Source: a virus (taxonomy: Duplodnaviria > Caudoviricetes). Taken from it: a stretch of 64,000 nt of DNA. The translations under genes were made by a program, and so were the position numbers. Under the pieces are notes generated by a model. The model did no database searches, was not told where the DNA came from, and saw only the letters and a list, made by a program, of their open reading frames with translations. Location: the IMG/VR virus record IMGVR_UViG_3300009370_000001; one strand, written 5' to 3'. Positions 7,891 through 16,238 of the stretch are shown piece by piece (the first letter of the stretch is position 1; the number at the start of each line of letters is the position of its first letter).

Positions 7891-8124
7891 ATGGCAGTTT
7901 ATGAAGCAACCGTCACCCGTGTGCGCTATGTTCACACAGTTATCGAGGTAGAAGCCGATAGCCCCGAGGAGGCACGAGAACAGGCACAACAAGTTATTGA
8001 TGCTGGCGTCTTTGGTCAACCAAATGTGACGCACCCTTATCCAGAACCCGTTTATCAATGGACAACGCACAACCGCGAAGGTGTGCTGGGTCACGACGAA
8101 TATGAGATTGTCGACATCGCTTGA
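7891..8124 (+). CDS. hypothetical protein (DpnD/PcfM-like beta hairpin, tentative)
   Basis: AGGAG RBS; IEVEADSPEEA. Confidence 0.65.
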   Translation: MAVYEATVTRVRYVHTVIEVEADSPEEAREQAQQVIDAGVFGQPNVTHPYPEPVYQWTTHNREGVLGHDEYEIVDIA

Positions 8125-8175
8125 CATTTACTTTACAACTTAACGATTGACAAACCCCCTGAAAAATGGTATATT
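8121..8175 (+). promoter_or_regulatory. triple-TTGACA promoter element
   Basis: boxes at 8121, 8132, 8147; TATATT 8170. Confidence 0.85.
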
Positions 8176-8202
8176 ATAGGGGTAATCAAGGAGAACACTA
8201 AC

Positions 8203-8553
8203 ATGGCCTATCTTCACAAACAAGACATCGTAATCATTCGCCAGGGCGGCAAGACCATCCAGGCTCGCGTGGTAGACATGCGTTTCCGGCGCTTTAGACG
8301 CGCCTGGAAGGACCGCAAGACCGGCGAGAACAAGTCACGCTGGAAGTCGGTGCCCTACGCAGTGTGCGAGGTATTTGCGGGGCTTCCCGTGGGGACCGAG
8401 TTTATTATTGCAGGCTACAAGCTGAAGAACGAAACCAAAGACGGCGAAAAGCTGCTGGTGCTGCGCGACAAGTATGCAGCCGAGTTTAATGGCGCGTGGG
8501 TAAACACCCTATTGGCCGAGAGCAAGAATATCCGTGCAAAGAGGAGTGCATAA
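8203..8553 (+). CDS. basic hypothetical protein
   Basis: AAGGAG RBS. Confidence 0.65.
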   Translation: MAYLHKQDIVIIRQGGKTIQARVVDMRFRRFRRAWKDRKTGENKSRWKSVPYAVCEVFAGLPVGTEFIIAGYKLKNETKDGEKLLVLRDKYAAEFNGAWVNTLLAESKNIRAKRSA

Positions 8554-8922
8554 ATGGGTTATCGATCACAAGTAGTATTGGCTATCGGAGAAGCATTGAT
8601 TCCACAGTTTATGGTGACAATGGCTAAATGTCCCGAGGCGCGAGCTATGTGCTTTGGGGATGCCGATCAGACGCGAGATTTCCAGGGAGAAAAGGGCAGT
8701 CTCTTTTTTGAATGGGATCATATTAAATGGTATGCCGGTTATGAAGAGGTCCAAGCCATCGAGGATTTTCTAAACTGGGCTGAAGATAAGCTGAAGATCG
8801 ACGGCAAAGAGATTGATGGCGACGAGCATTTTCGTTTCGTTCGCATTGGCGAGGAATATGATGATATTGAAACCCGTGGGTGGGGGTTTGACATTCACCC
8901 TGTTAGAAGTATTGAGTATTAA
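8554..8922 (+). CDS. acidic phage hypothetical protein (MGYRS type)
   Basis: RBS and coupling; KWY...RIGEEYDDIE. Confidence 0.65.
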   Translation: MGYRSQVVLAIGEALIPQFMVTMAKCPEARAMCFGDADQTRDFQGEKGSLFFEWDHIKWYAGYEEVQAIEDFLNWAEDKLKIDGKEIDGDEHFRFVRIGEEYDDIETRGWGFDIHPVRSIEY

Positions 8923-9033
8923 GGAAGGATAACATGACAGGTATGGCAACATTCACATTTATTTGTATTGCGACGGGATTTAGCGCGTTTGCAGTTGCAG
9001 TAAAACGAGAGATTTGTATTAAAAGAGGAAAAA

Positions 9034-9282
9034 ATGAATACTAAAGTATGTAAACACTGCGATGAGATTTTTAATCTTGATTCGATTGCTAAAAAAGCAG
9101 CGGGTGGAAAGATTAACGAGTGCCCCGACTGCGTTGAGGAGTTGGGCACCGAGACTGCTGTAAAATATACAGGGCTTCAGATTGAAGAAACAGGATCGTT
9201 TGCGATCAGTCGGCATGCTACAGAAGCAGACCGGCAGAAACACATGAACGACCGGCTGAAAATGGATGACTTGTCAAAATGA
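9034..9282 (+). CDS. zinc-ribbon protein
   Basis: CKHC and CPDC pairs. Confidence 0.65.
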   Translation: MNTKVCKHCDEIFNLDSIAKKAAGGKINECPDCVEELGTETAVKYTGLQIEETGSFAISRHATEADRQKHMNDRLKMDDLSK

Positions 9283-9530
9283 AAATGACACTTGTTATTG
9301 ATAGTGAAGATTTGGATGGTATTAAAGATTCATTTAAGATCATCAAGATGATGAACGATAAATATAACACGCCAGCGCGTCAGTATAATGATCGTTCATT
9401 CGGAAAGATTCGCTACATTAAACTTCTGCGTAAATACGCGAAGTTTGCGGCTGATGAAGATTTTGACGTTGATTCGCTCAAAGCCGCTAAACGCTTTGCC
9501 GATGCGTTGTGGGCAGGCGATTTTGATTGA
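9279..9530 (+). CDS. hypothetical protein
   Basis: ATGA overlap; stop in the TTGACA box. Confidence 0.6.
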   Translation: MKMTLVIDSEDLDGIKDSFKIIKMMNDKYNTPARQYNDRSFGKIRYIKLLRKYAKFAADEDFDVDSLKAAKRFADALWAGDFD

Positions 9531-9581
9531 CATTTACTTGACATGATAATGATTGACAGCAACGCCTTTTCATGCTATATT
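9527..9581 (+). promoter_or_regulatory. triple-TTGACA promoter element (three perfect boxes)
   Basis: TTGACA at 9527, 9538, 9553; TATATT 9576. Confidence 0.88.
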
Positions 9582-9608
9582 ATAGGGGCAAATAAGGAGA
9601 GAACCACA

Positions 9609-9935
9609 ATGAGATTTGAGTTTACAGAAGAAGAAGTCGGCGCTTTGATCGAGGCACTCGGCGCGTGGATGGAGCAACCGAGCGAATGGGAAGGCGAGGA
9701 GTGGTTGCGACGGCAGGACATCGGCGCAGACCTTGACCTTGAGTTGCGCGAGGGGCTGGCCACTGGTGATGGAAACGTCGTCGATGATGCAGCCGAGGCT
9801 TTTATTCAGGCAGGCATCGACGCCCGCGAACAAGCTAAGGCAACATCCCGGGCCGCAACGCGCCGTGAACAAAGGCTGGCCGAACTGGCGAAAGGCACCA
9901 CGGCTACCCTCGCCAACGACCCCGCAGACTGGTAG
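9609..9935 (+). CDS. acidic helical hypothetical protein
   Basis: AAGGAG RBS; start corrected from the track. Confidence 0.65.
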   Translation: MRFEFTEEEVGALIEALGAWMEQPSEWEGEEWLRRQDIGADLDLELREGLATGDGNVVDDAAEAFIQAGIDAREQAKATSRAATRREQRLAELAKGTTATLANDPADW

Positions 9936-9941
9936 CATAAA

Positions 9942-10151
9942 ATGAAAGTCGGTGATTTGGTTAAATGGTCCTGGCACCTTGATACAGATTGGGCGACGAC
10001 GCATTTTATGGGCGTCATCGTGGGCTCCAAGCTATACAAGATGGCGAATGGGCTGGATAAATGTATCGTGCTGCAAGTATTGACCAGGAATGGCCAAACC
10101 ATCCAGGTCCGAGAAGACGAAGCAACCTTAAAGTTGATCGCCGCGTCTTGA
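9942..10151 (+). CDS. KOW/SH3-like microprotein
   Basis: MKVGDLVK...MGVIVG...LKLIA. Confidence 0.72.
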   Translation: MKVGDLVKWSWHLDTDWATTHFMGVIVGSKLYKMANGLDKCIVLQVLTRNGQTIQVREDEATLKLIAAS

Positions 10152-10202
10152 CATTCTCTTGACAACTTTCCTATTGACTCTCACCTATCCAGGTGGTATA
10201 AT
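10148..10202 (+). promoter_or_regulatory. triple-TTGACA promoter element
   Basis: boxes at 10148, 10159, 10174; TATAAT 10197. Confidence 0.88.
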
Positions 10203-10231
10203 GATGGCATATCAAGTAAGGAGATATATCA

Positions 10232-10453
10232 ATGGCTACTAACCTTCCCTATGTAATGACCTTTGCACAAGCGTGCGACTACTTCACCGACGAGATTCTG
10301 CCCTTGGTTCAAGAGCAGCATGAGCAAGACGGTGTACCCGATTGGCCCGCCCGATGCGAAACCTGGAACAACTGGACCGATAGCCTATGCAAAGACGGAC
10401 AGATCAGCGACTGGCAGTATATGAACTGGACACACCCGCCCTGCAACGGTTGA
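10232..10453 (+). CDS. acidic Trp-rich phage hypothetical protein
   Basis: AAGGAG RBS; WNNWTDSLCKDGQI. Confidence 0.65.
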   Translation: MATNLPYVMTFAQACDYFTDEILPLVQEQHEQDGVPDWPARCETWNNWTDSLCKDGQISDWQYMNWTHPPCNG

Positions 10454-10504
10454 CATTCACTTTACAACATTAACCTTGACATCCACACCCCAGCATGCTA
10501 TATT
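10450..10504 (+). promoter_or_regulatory. triple-TTGACA promoter element
   Basis: boxes at 10450, 10461, 10476; TATATT 10499. Confidence 0.88.
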
Positions 10505-10529
10505 GTATGCATAGAACGGAGAAAACTAT

Positions 10530-11318
10530 ATGGGAAACTATAACGGAACAGTCCACTGCGGGCATTGCTACCAACAAGGACACAACCGGAGATCGTGCCC
10601 GAGAAAACTGGAGAGCCTGCAACGGCAATACGCCGAGGCTAAGGAAAGCGGCAATGACAATAGCTATACACAGTATTACGCGCAGCAGATTGCAAAGATG
10701 ACCGGCACGAACCCCGAGACTGGGGCGACACGCAAGCGTCGGAATGAAAGCTATGGGCGCAAGTGTTCCTATTGCCGCGAGGGTGGCCATTCGCGCCGGA
10801 CTTGTCCAACGCTCAAAGAAGACCAGCGCAACTATCGCCGCATGTCGTCAGTAGTGCGGAAAGATATGCTGGCTCGCATGCAGGAGCATGGTTTCGGTGT
10901 CGGTTCCCTGGTAACGATGACAGCGAACCAGTGGAATCAAGCAGCAGGCGAGTATCAGGAGGTAAAGAACGCTTATCTGGTGACAAACATTAAGTGGGAC
11001 AGCATTGGACCCCACAACCAGCACGGCAATAGCTGTGTCAAAGTGATGTCGGTCAAAGACCCGAGCAATCAAGTCTGGATGACGATGCCCACGGAGGTCA
11101 GCGGAAGCGAAGAGAACCGCTACAGCCGCGCCCCGGAGATTGTTGGGGCTACAGCCCCGGAAAAGATTAACCCTCCGTCAGCGTGGACAGCAGGAGCCCG
11201 AGCAGAAGAAGGCGAGAACGCACCTTTTGAGAAGGGTGCCCAGCGTCAAGGATACTGGTGGCACAACGAGGGCAGCGTTCTCCTGGATCGCTGGGCAGGG
11301 ATCGAGTCAACCGAGTAG
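10530..11318 (+). CDS. protein with two CCHC zinc knuckles
   Basis: CGHCYQQGHNRRSC and CSYCREGGHSRRTC, both CX2CX4HX4C. Confidence 0.8.
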   Translation: MGNYNGTVHCGHCYQQGHNRRSCPRKLESLQRQYAEAKESGNDNSYTQYYAQQIAKMTGTNPETGATRKRRNESYGRKCSYCREGGHSRRTCPTLKEDQRNYRRMSSVVRKDMLARMQEHGFGVGSLVTMTANQWNQAAGEYQEVKNAYLVTNIKWDSIGPHNQHGNSCVKVMSVKDPSNQVWMTMPTEVSGSEENRYSRAPEIVGATAPEKINPPSAWTAGARAEEGENAPFEKGAQRQGYWWHNEGSVLLDRWAGIESTE

Positions 11319-11373
11319 TTGACATTCCCTTTACAACTTGGGGGTAGACAGCCCCCAGGTTCTATGGTATAAT
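11319..11373 (+). promoter_or_regulatory. triple-TTGACA promoter element with inverted repeat around the -35
   Basis: boxes at 11319, 11330, 11345 (TAGACA); TATAAT 11368; G-run/C-run flank the -35. Confidence 0.85.
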
Positions 11374-11375
11374 GC

Positions 11376-11561
11376 TTGCATACGATGGAGAAAGCGATGA
11401 GCCCCTGGATGACCGAGAGACTAAACACCTTGAAAACAGAGAACCAGCCCGAGCGTCCCGCGCTCCGCATCCCGACACCGCGCCCGGCACCGGCACGTCG
11501 CCCCGAGCGTCGGCCCGAACCCACTCGCGGCGTTATTATCGTTGACTTGACAATCAGTTGA
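11376..11561 (+). CDS. small Pro/Arg-rich protein
   Basis: ERPALRIPTPRP...RGVIIVDL; start uncertain. Confidence 0.5.
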   Translation: MHTMEKAMSPWMTERLNTLKTENQPERPALRIPTPRPAPARRPERRPEPTRGVIIVDLTIS

Positions 11562-11601
11562 CAACTTCCTTGTTGACAGACCTATTTACCCATGCTATAT
11601 T
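11547..11601 (+). promoter_or_regulatory. triple-TTGACA promoter element
   Basis: TTGACA at 11547, 11558, 11573 (plus TTGACT 11542); TATATT 11596. Confidence 0.88.
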
Positions 11602-11642
11602 ATTAGCGTAAGAAACAAAGAACCCCGAACCCGGAACCAATC

Positions 11643-12731
11643 ATGTCAGTAGACTTCAAGACCTTTCAAACCGTAGTAGCTCATATCCTCGATTACAAGT
11701 TTCCCGTGCTGGTGCGCGGTAGGCATGGCGTCGGCAAATCCGAGGTAGTGTATCAGATTGCTGCTGATCGCAACCTTCCGATTGTCGAGCGTCGTGCAAG
11801 CCAGATGACAGAGGGTGACTTGCTTGGTCTTCCCGATACCTGTGACACCGCTATCAGTGGGCGCAAGGCTACCACGTGGAACGCTCCAGATTGGCTTGTG
11901 ACGGCTTGTGAGCAACCCGTGGTACTCTTCCTCGATGAAGTGGACCGGGCAACGATGGAAGTCCGTCAGGGACTCTTTGAGTTGACCGACAGTCGCAAGA
12001 TCAACGGCTGGAAGCTGCACCCCGAAACCCTCATTGTCGCCGCTGTCAACGGTGGCGAGCATGGCGCACAATATCAGGTAGGAGAAATGGACCCTGCCGA
12101 GTTGGATCGCTGGACCGTGTTCGATGTCGAGCCTTCCGTAGAAGACTGGCTCACCTGGGGCAAGGACAATGTTAATGAAGTGCTGTGGGACTTCGTGAAC
12201 CACAACCGTCAACACCTTGAGCATCAGGGCGAGCATGAGCCGAACAAAGTTTATCCTTCTCGCCGTAGCTGGAAGCGGTTTAATGATACCGCTGTTCCCA
12301 CTGGCGCGTTTACCGAGGATGGACAGAACGGCGAGTTGCTGTATCAGCTTGCAACCGCCTTTGTCGGCTTTGAAGCCGCTGTAGCACTTAAGGACTTCGT
12401 TGAGAAGTATGAGTGGCAAGTGACGGTAGAGGATCTGCTTGACAACGGACAGATCGAGCGCACCGAGAAGTGGGGCATCAATGACCATGCTGCGATGATC
12501 GAGAAGCTGGACGCCTCCGGTGTCCTGGCTGAAACGCTCAACGAGACACAGGTTAGTAACCTTGCCACCTATTTCGTCTCGCTGCCCTCGGAAGTGGCCA
12601 TGAAGTTGTGGACCGTCCTGGGAGACACCGACAACATTGAAAATGTCGTAGCACTCCACAAGGCAGAATCGGCCTCTGGACAGAAGGTTAGTGAACACCT
12701 TGTGGAAATCCTGGGAGGCTCCCAGGAGTGA
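11643..12731 (+). CDS. MoxR-like AAA+ ATPase
   Basis: Walker A GRHGVGKS, Walker B LFLDEVDR, DPAELDRW. Confidence 0.9.
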   Translation: MSVDFKTFQTVVAHILDYKFPVLVRGRHGVGKSEVVYQIAADRNLPIVERRASQMTEGDLLGLPDTCDTAISGRKATTWNAPDWLVTACEQPVVLFLDEVDRATMEVRQGLFELTDSRKINGWKLHPETLIVAAVNGGEHGAQYQVGEMDPAELDRWTVFDVEPSVEDWLTWGKDNVNEVLWDFVNHNRQHLEHQGEHEPNKVYPSRRSWKRFNDTAVPTGAFTEDGQNGELLYQLATAFVGFEAAVALKDFVEKYEWQVTVEDLLDNGQIERTEKWGINDHAAMIEKLDASGVLAETLNETQVSNLATYFVSLPSEVAMKLWTVLGDTDNIENVVALHKAESASGQKVSEHLVEILGGSQE

Positions 12732-12937
12732 GGATCTTGAAGGCTGGCGACCTACTAATCAGGGAGCGCGATAAGCGCCCCTGTATCGTCTTGGAGGTCC
12801 AAGAGAGTACGAAACCCCAGTGGGGCACCCTGGACGCCAGCAGACGGCGATACAGGCTCTTTGAGAGCCATTCTGGAGTGTCCCGCTGGGTAGTCGATAC
12901 CGAGGTTGCCGTCAAATACACCCTAACAACCGATTGA
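12728..12937 (+). CDS. KOW/SH3-like microprotein
   Basis: LKAGDLL...CIVLEV; inserted between the AAA and VWA genes. Confidence 0.6.
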   Translation: MRILKAGDLLIRERDKRPCIVLEVQESTKPQWGTLDASRRRYRLFESHSGVSRWVVDTEVAVKYTLTTD

Positions 12938-12988
12938 CATTCACTTGACAACTTTTCCCTGGACAAACCTACGTACCCATGCTATATT
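12934..12988 (+). promoter_or_regulatory. triple-TTGACA promoter element
   Basis: boxes at 12934, 12945, 12960; TATATT 12983. Confidence 0.85.
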
Positions 12989-13013
12989 GTATGTGTAGAA
13001 AGGAAAGAACCCT

Positions 13014-14270
13014 ATGAGCGACGACAAACCCACTCCCTTTGACTTGAACAAGCACACGGCGCGGCTGCTTATGCGCGAGCCGTTTTTCGCTGGGCTGTCT
13101 CGGCGGATCGACAAGACCCCGACGACTGAGATCCCGACTGCCGGTGTTCGCATTAATCCCGAACGGGCACAGTTTGAGTTGATGTATAACCCTGACTTCA
13201 TGGCGAGCCTTAGCGACAAGCACCGACTTGCGATCTTGAAGCATGAGTTTTACCATATCATCTTTGAGCATGTGACACACCGCAAGCCTGCCGATGGCAT
13301 TAGCCGCCTGGACAACATTGCGATGGATCTGGCAATCAACGGCTTGCCCGACATGAAGACTAACCTTCCCAACGATGCCGAGCCAGGACCACCGACCGGA
13401 TCGGCTGGTGAGCCCATGAAGGCATGCATCCCCGGAGAAGGGCCATTCGCTCACTTGCCTTGTGAGAAGTCCTATGAGTGGTACAAGGCAGCACTCCAAG
13501 ACATGCAGAAAGAGAAGCCAGAAGGCGAGCCAGGGGAGCCAGGACAAGGCGAGCCCGGTGATGGCGATCCCTTCGGCGGCATGGATGCGCTGGACGATCA
13601 CGGCGAGTTTGGCGAGGGTCAAGGCACCGCAGACGAGATCGCTAAGGAACGTCTGAAGGAAGCGGTAAAGCAGGCAGCAGAGGAAGCCGAGAAGGCTAAT
13701 AACTGGGGCACTGTTTCAGGAAACACCCGGCGCGACATTATGGATCGCATCGCTACTAAGGTTGACTGGCGCAAGGTGTTGCGTTATTTCGTGAAGACCA
13801 CGCAACGCTCCGACAAGACCAGCACGCCGAGGAAACTGAACCGCAGATTTCCACGCATCCACGCAGGAAAGCGCGTCCGTCGTCACGCTCGCATTGCTAT
13901 CAGCATCGACCAGTCTGGATCGGTGGATGATAAAATGCTTCAAGCGTTCTTCTCCGAGTTGAACAAGTTGGCCGAGATTGCCGAGTTTACTGTTATCCCA
14001 TTCGATTCAGTAGTGGGCGAGGATAAGATTTATGTATGGAAGAAGGGTGCAACCCGCAGAACCGAGCGCGTTATGTGCGGCGGGACTTGCTTTAATGCTC
14101 CAACCAAGTACGTGAACGAACACGGATTCGATGGACATATTATCCTTACTGACCTGATGGCACCTAAGCCGATGGCGAGCAAGTGTCAACGCATGTGGAT
14201 GACGACTAAGGCATACGCGGCGCGTCCCTACTTCCAGACTAACGAGCGAGTCATCGCAATCGACAGTTGA
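13014..14270 (+). CDS. DUF2201-type metallopeptidase plus VWA-like domain protein
   Basis: HEFYH (HExxH), NIAMDLAIN, MIDAS-like IDQSGS, GGT, TD. Confidence 0.88.
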   Translation: MSDDKPTPFDLNKHTARLLMREPFFAGLSRRIDKTPTTEIPTAGVRINPERAQFELMYNPDFMASLSDKHRLAILKHEFYHIIFEHVTHRKPADGISRLDNIAMDLAINGLPDMKTNLPNDAEPGPPTGSAGEPMKACIPGEGPFAHLPCEKSYEWYKAALQDMQKEKPEGEPGEPGQGEPGDGDPFGGMDALDDHGEFGEGQGTADEIAKERLKEAVKQAAEEAEKANNWGTVSGNTRRDIMDRIATKVDWRKVLRYFVKTTQRSDKTSTPRKLNRRFPRIHAGKRVRRHARIAISIDQSGSVDDKMLQAFFSELNKLAEIAEFTVIPFDSVVGEDKIYVWKKGATRRTERVMCGGTCFNAPTKYVNEHGFDGHIILTDLMAPKPMASKCQRMWMTTKAYAARPYFQTNERVIAIDS

Positions 14271-14320
14271 CAAGCACTTGACATTTCGGGGTAGACAACC
14301 TGCCCCGAATATGTTATATT
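14267..14320 (+). promoter_or_regulatory. triple-TTGACA promoter element with hairpin
   Basis: boxes at 14267, 14278, 14292; TATATT 14315; TTCGGGG...CCCCGAA inverted repeat around the -35. Confidence 0.85.
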
Positions 14321-14348
14321 GCTATATACAAACAGGAGATCCCTACTT

Positions 14349-15158
14349 ATGGCTCGCACAACCTACGCCGACCGCTTGAAAGCCCTTATCACCAACCCCG
14401 CTATGTCTGCGCGTGACTGCCAGTTTGCAAGCAGCTTGCTTGCCTACTACGTCAAGCGCAAGTCGCTGACCAGTGGCCGCGCTCGCTGTGTGCGCGAGCT
14501 TGAGGCACGGTACAGCGCCGAGGCAGTAGCCGAGCGTGCAGCCCGCACCGCACCGCTAACGGCTCGATTGCAGGCGCTCACTGCCCGTGTGACCGAGGGT
14601 TCATGGGCTGGCGGGTTCGTGGAGTCTTTGACCGAGCAAGTGGCGTCAGGACGCAACCTAAGCCCACGCCAGATCGAGATCCTGGAGAAGATCGAGAGCG
14701 AGCATAGCGACGAGGCTATTAATGCTGCCGCTTCCTGGGATGCCGACTTCTCCGATGACATGCGCGACCGGCTGACCGTTGCGGCACGTTATTATCGTCG
14801 CACTGGCTACTTTACTAACCTTGTGGATCGTGCGTTGACCCCTGATGGCCAACCGACCGCATTTATTCCGACTGAAAAGCAGTATCGGAAGGTCACCGAA
14901 AACAAGTATGCACAGAAGGTATTGACCGCGCACTATGACGCGCCAAAGTACGCCACTGGCTCGATGGTGCAACTGCGCCCGAGTTGCGGCTATCTCGCAC
15001 GTTCCAAAGCAGGCGACAAGCCCTGTGTCGTTATCTCGACCACGGAGCCCATCGTGAGCGCGTGCAAGGGTGCAAAGATGTATCGGATCTTGCCCATCGG
15101 ATCCGCAACTATGATCACAATCGAGGAGCGTCACATTAAGAAGGCGCGAGGAGTATAA
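14349..15158 (+). CDS. hypothetical protein with C-terminal KOW-like segment
   Basis: AGGAG RBS; start corrected from the track; YATGSMV. Confidence 0.7.
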   Translation: MARTTYADRLKALITNPAMSARDCQFASSLLAYYVKRKSLTSGRARCVRELEARYSAEAVAERAARTAPLTARLQALTARVTEGSWAGGFVESLTEQVASGRNLSPRQIEILEKIESEHSDEAINAAASWDADFSDDMRDRLTVAARYYRRTGYFTNLVDRALTPDGQPTAFIPTEKQYRKVTENKYAQKVLTAHYDAPKYATGSMVQLRPSCGYLARSKAGDKPCVVISTTEPIVSACKGAKMYRILPIGSATMITIEERHIKKARGV

Positions 15159-15160
15159 AC

Positions 15161-15466
15161 ATGAAGAGAATCCTAACCAACAGTAAAGTGATCGAGGCAT
15201 GGCAGCGCGGAGAACGCGCCGCTAACCATCGTGGCACACTTCAATGTTACAGTGATGGCACGCTGTATAGCTACAACCTGCATATCGGCCAGCGCACACC
15301 GTCAGGAGTGTGCATTGTGGGCGATTACACGGCTCCTGGCGGGGGGTTCAAGTCAGTGACTACCTCGTGCCATGTCGGACGCGCCAAGCGCGTTCCTGGG
15401 GTCACTGTGATGCACCCGCTTGTGTGGGTCGATTCTCCGTTGAGTAACGAGGAAATCCCATTCTAA
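15161..15466 (+). CDS. phage hypothetical protein
   Basis: GAGGAG RBS. Confidence 0.65.
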   Translation: MKRILTNSKVIEAWQRGERAANHRGTLQCYSDGTLYSYNLHIGQRTPSGVCIVGDYTAPGGGFKSVTTSCHVGRAKRVPGVTVMHPLVWVDSPLSNEEIPF

Positions 15467-15479
15467 CCCGAGACAGATT

Positions 15480-15725
15480 ATGGAAGACAACAATATCATT
15501 AACCTTGTCGAAATCCTTGAGGAGAAGGAAAGACAGAAAGAGAGAGAAGAAGAAATGGAAAAGGCCGAGCTACGCGATCAACTGCAATGGGTGTTGCAGA
15601 AACTCCATGAGAAGAACATCACCTATCGAGCAGAAGACGAAGAAGAAATAGGGTTTGATGCTTATGAGCGAGTTCCTAAACGTAACTGGTTCCAGCGTTT
15701 TCTGGACCGCTTTCGATACGATTGA
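15480..15725 (+). CDS. charged hypothetical protein
   Basis: ORF track; stop in the TTGACA box. Confidence 0.6.
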   Translation: MEDNNIINLVEILEEKERQKEREEEMEKAELRDQLQWVLQKLHEKNITYRAEDEEEIGFDAYERVPKRNWFQRFLDRFRYD

Positions 15726-15776
15726 CACACACTTGACAACCTAAACCTTGACAGTCACCCCGAAAAGTGCTATATT
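15722..15776 (+). promoter_or_regulatory. triple-TTGACA promoter element (three perfect boxes)
   Basis: TTGACA at 15722, 15733, 15748; TATATT 15771. Confidence 0.88.
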
Positions 15777-15799
15777 GTATGCATACAACGGAGAGAACT

Positions 15800-15991
15800 A
15801 TGACCACTTTGCCCCTTGAATCCGCCGCATATGCCTGTGAGGGCGTTATTACCGCTGTCGCAGTCCTGTCGCAAGTGCTGGAAGTCCAGCGCGTTGCGCC
15901 TGAAGACCCGCAGACCCCTGACGCAGTTAATCTGCTGTTGGAAGCCTATGCACTCGCATGCGTTGGTAGCGGCTGCGTAGCGGAGGCTTAG
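15800..15991 (+). CDS. hypothetical protein
   Basis: GGAG RBS; start corrected from the track. Confidence 0.55.
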   Translation: MTTLPLESAAYACEGVITAVAVLSQVLEVQRVAPEDPQTPDAVNLLLEAYALACVGSGCVAEA

Positions 15992-15992
15992 A

Positions 15993-16238
15993 ATGACTAT
16001 TAAAGTTGTACGCGAGAACCGCAACCCCCGAGATCATCAGATCCGAGTGGGTGATCTGATTCGGATCGTTAATCACGATCCAACAATGTCGATCCCCCTG
16101 GCGGCTGTCCCGCACACTCTCGGCCTTGTCACAGAAATGGGAGAACCGGCGACGTGCCCCGACTACGTGATCGCTGTCTTCCCGCACCTGGGCGAGACAG
16201 TCGTATACGAAGACGAATGGGAAGTGATTAGTGTTTGA
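15993..16238 (+). CDS. KOW/SH3-like microprotein
   Basis: IRVGDLIR...LGLVTE...WEVIS. Confidence 0.7.
   Translation: MTIKVVRENRNPRDHQIRVGDLIRIVNHDPTMSIPLAAVPHTLGLVTEMGEPATCPDYVIAVFPHLGETVVYEDEWEVISV

Noticed and set aside
11646-12698. 350-aa minus-strand ORF
   Set aside because: Antisense shadow of the motif-complete MoxR gene; no motifs of its own.
717-15800. Track ORFs starting MLY... or M.. inside promoter elements (717, 2100, 4247, 9543, 10495, 14319, 15767)
   Set aside because: The start codons lie in or beside the -10 region, at or upstream of the predicted transcription start. Starts were moved downstream where an RBS was found, 717 was kept with its start flagged as uncertain, and 10495 was discarded.
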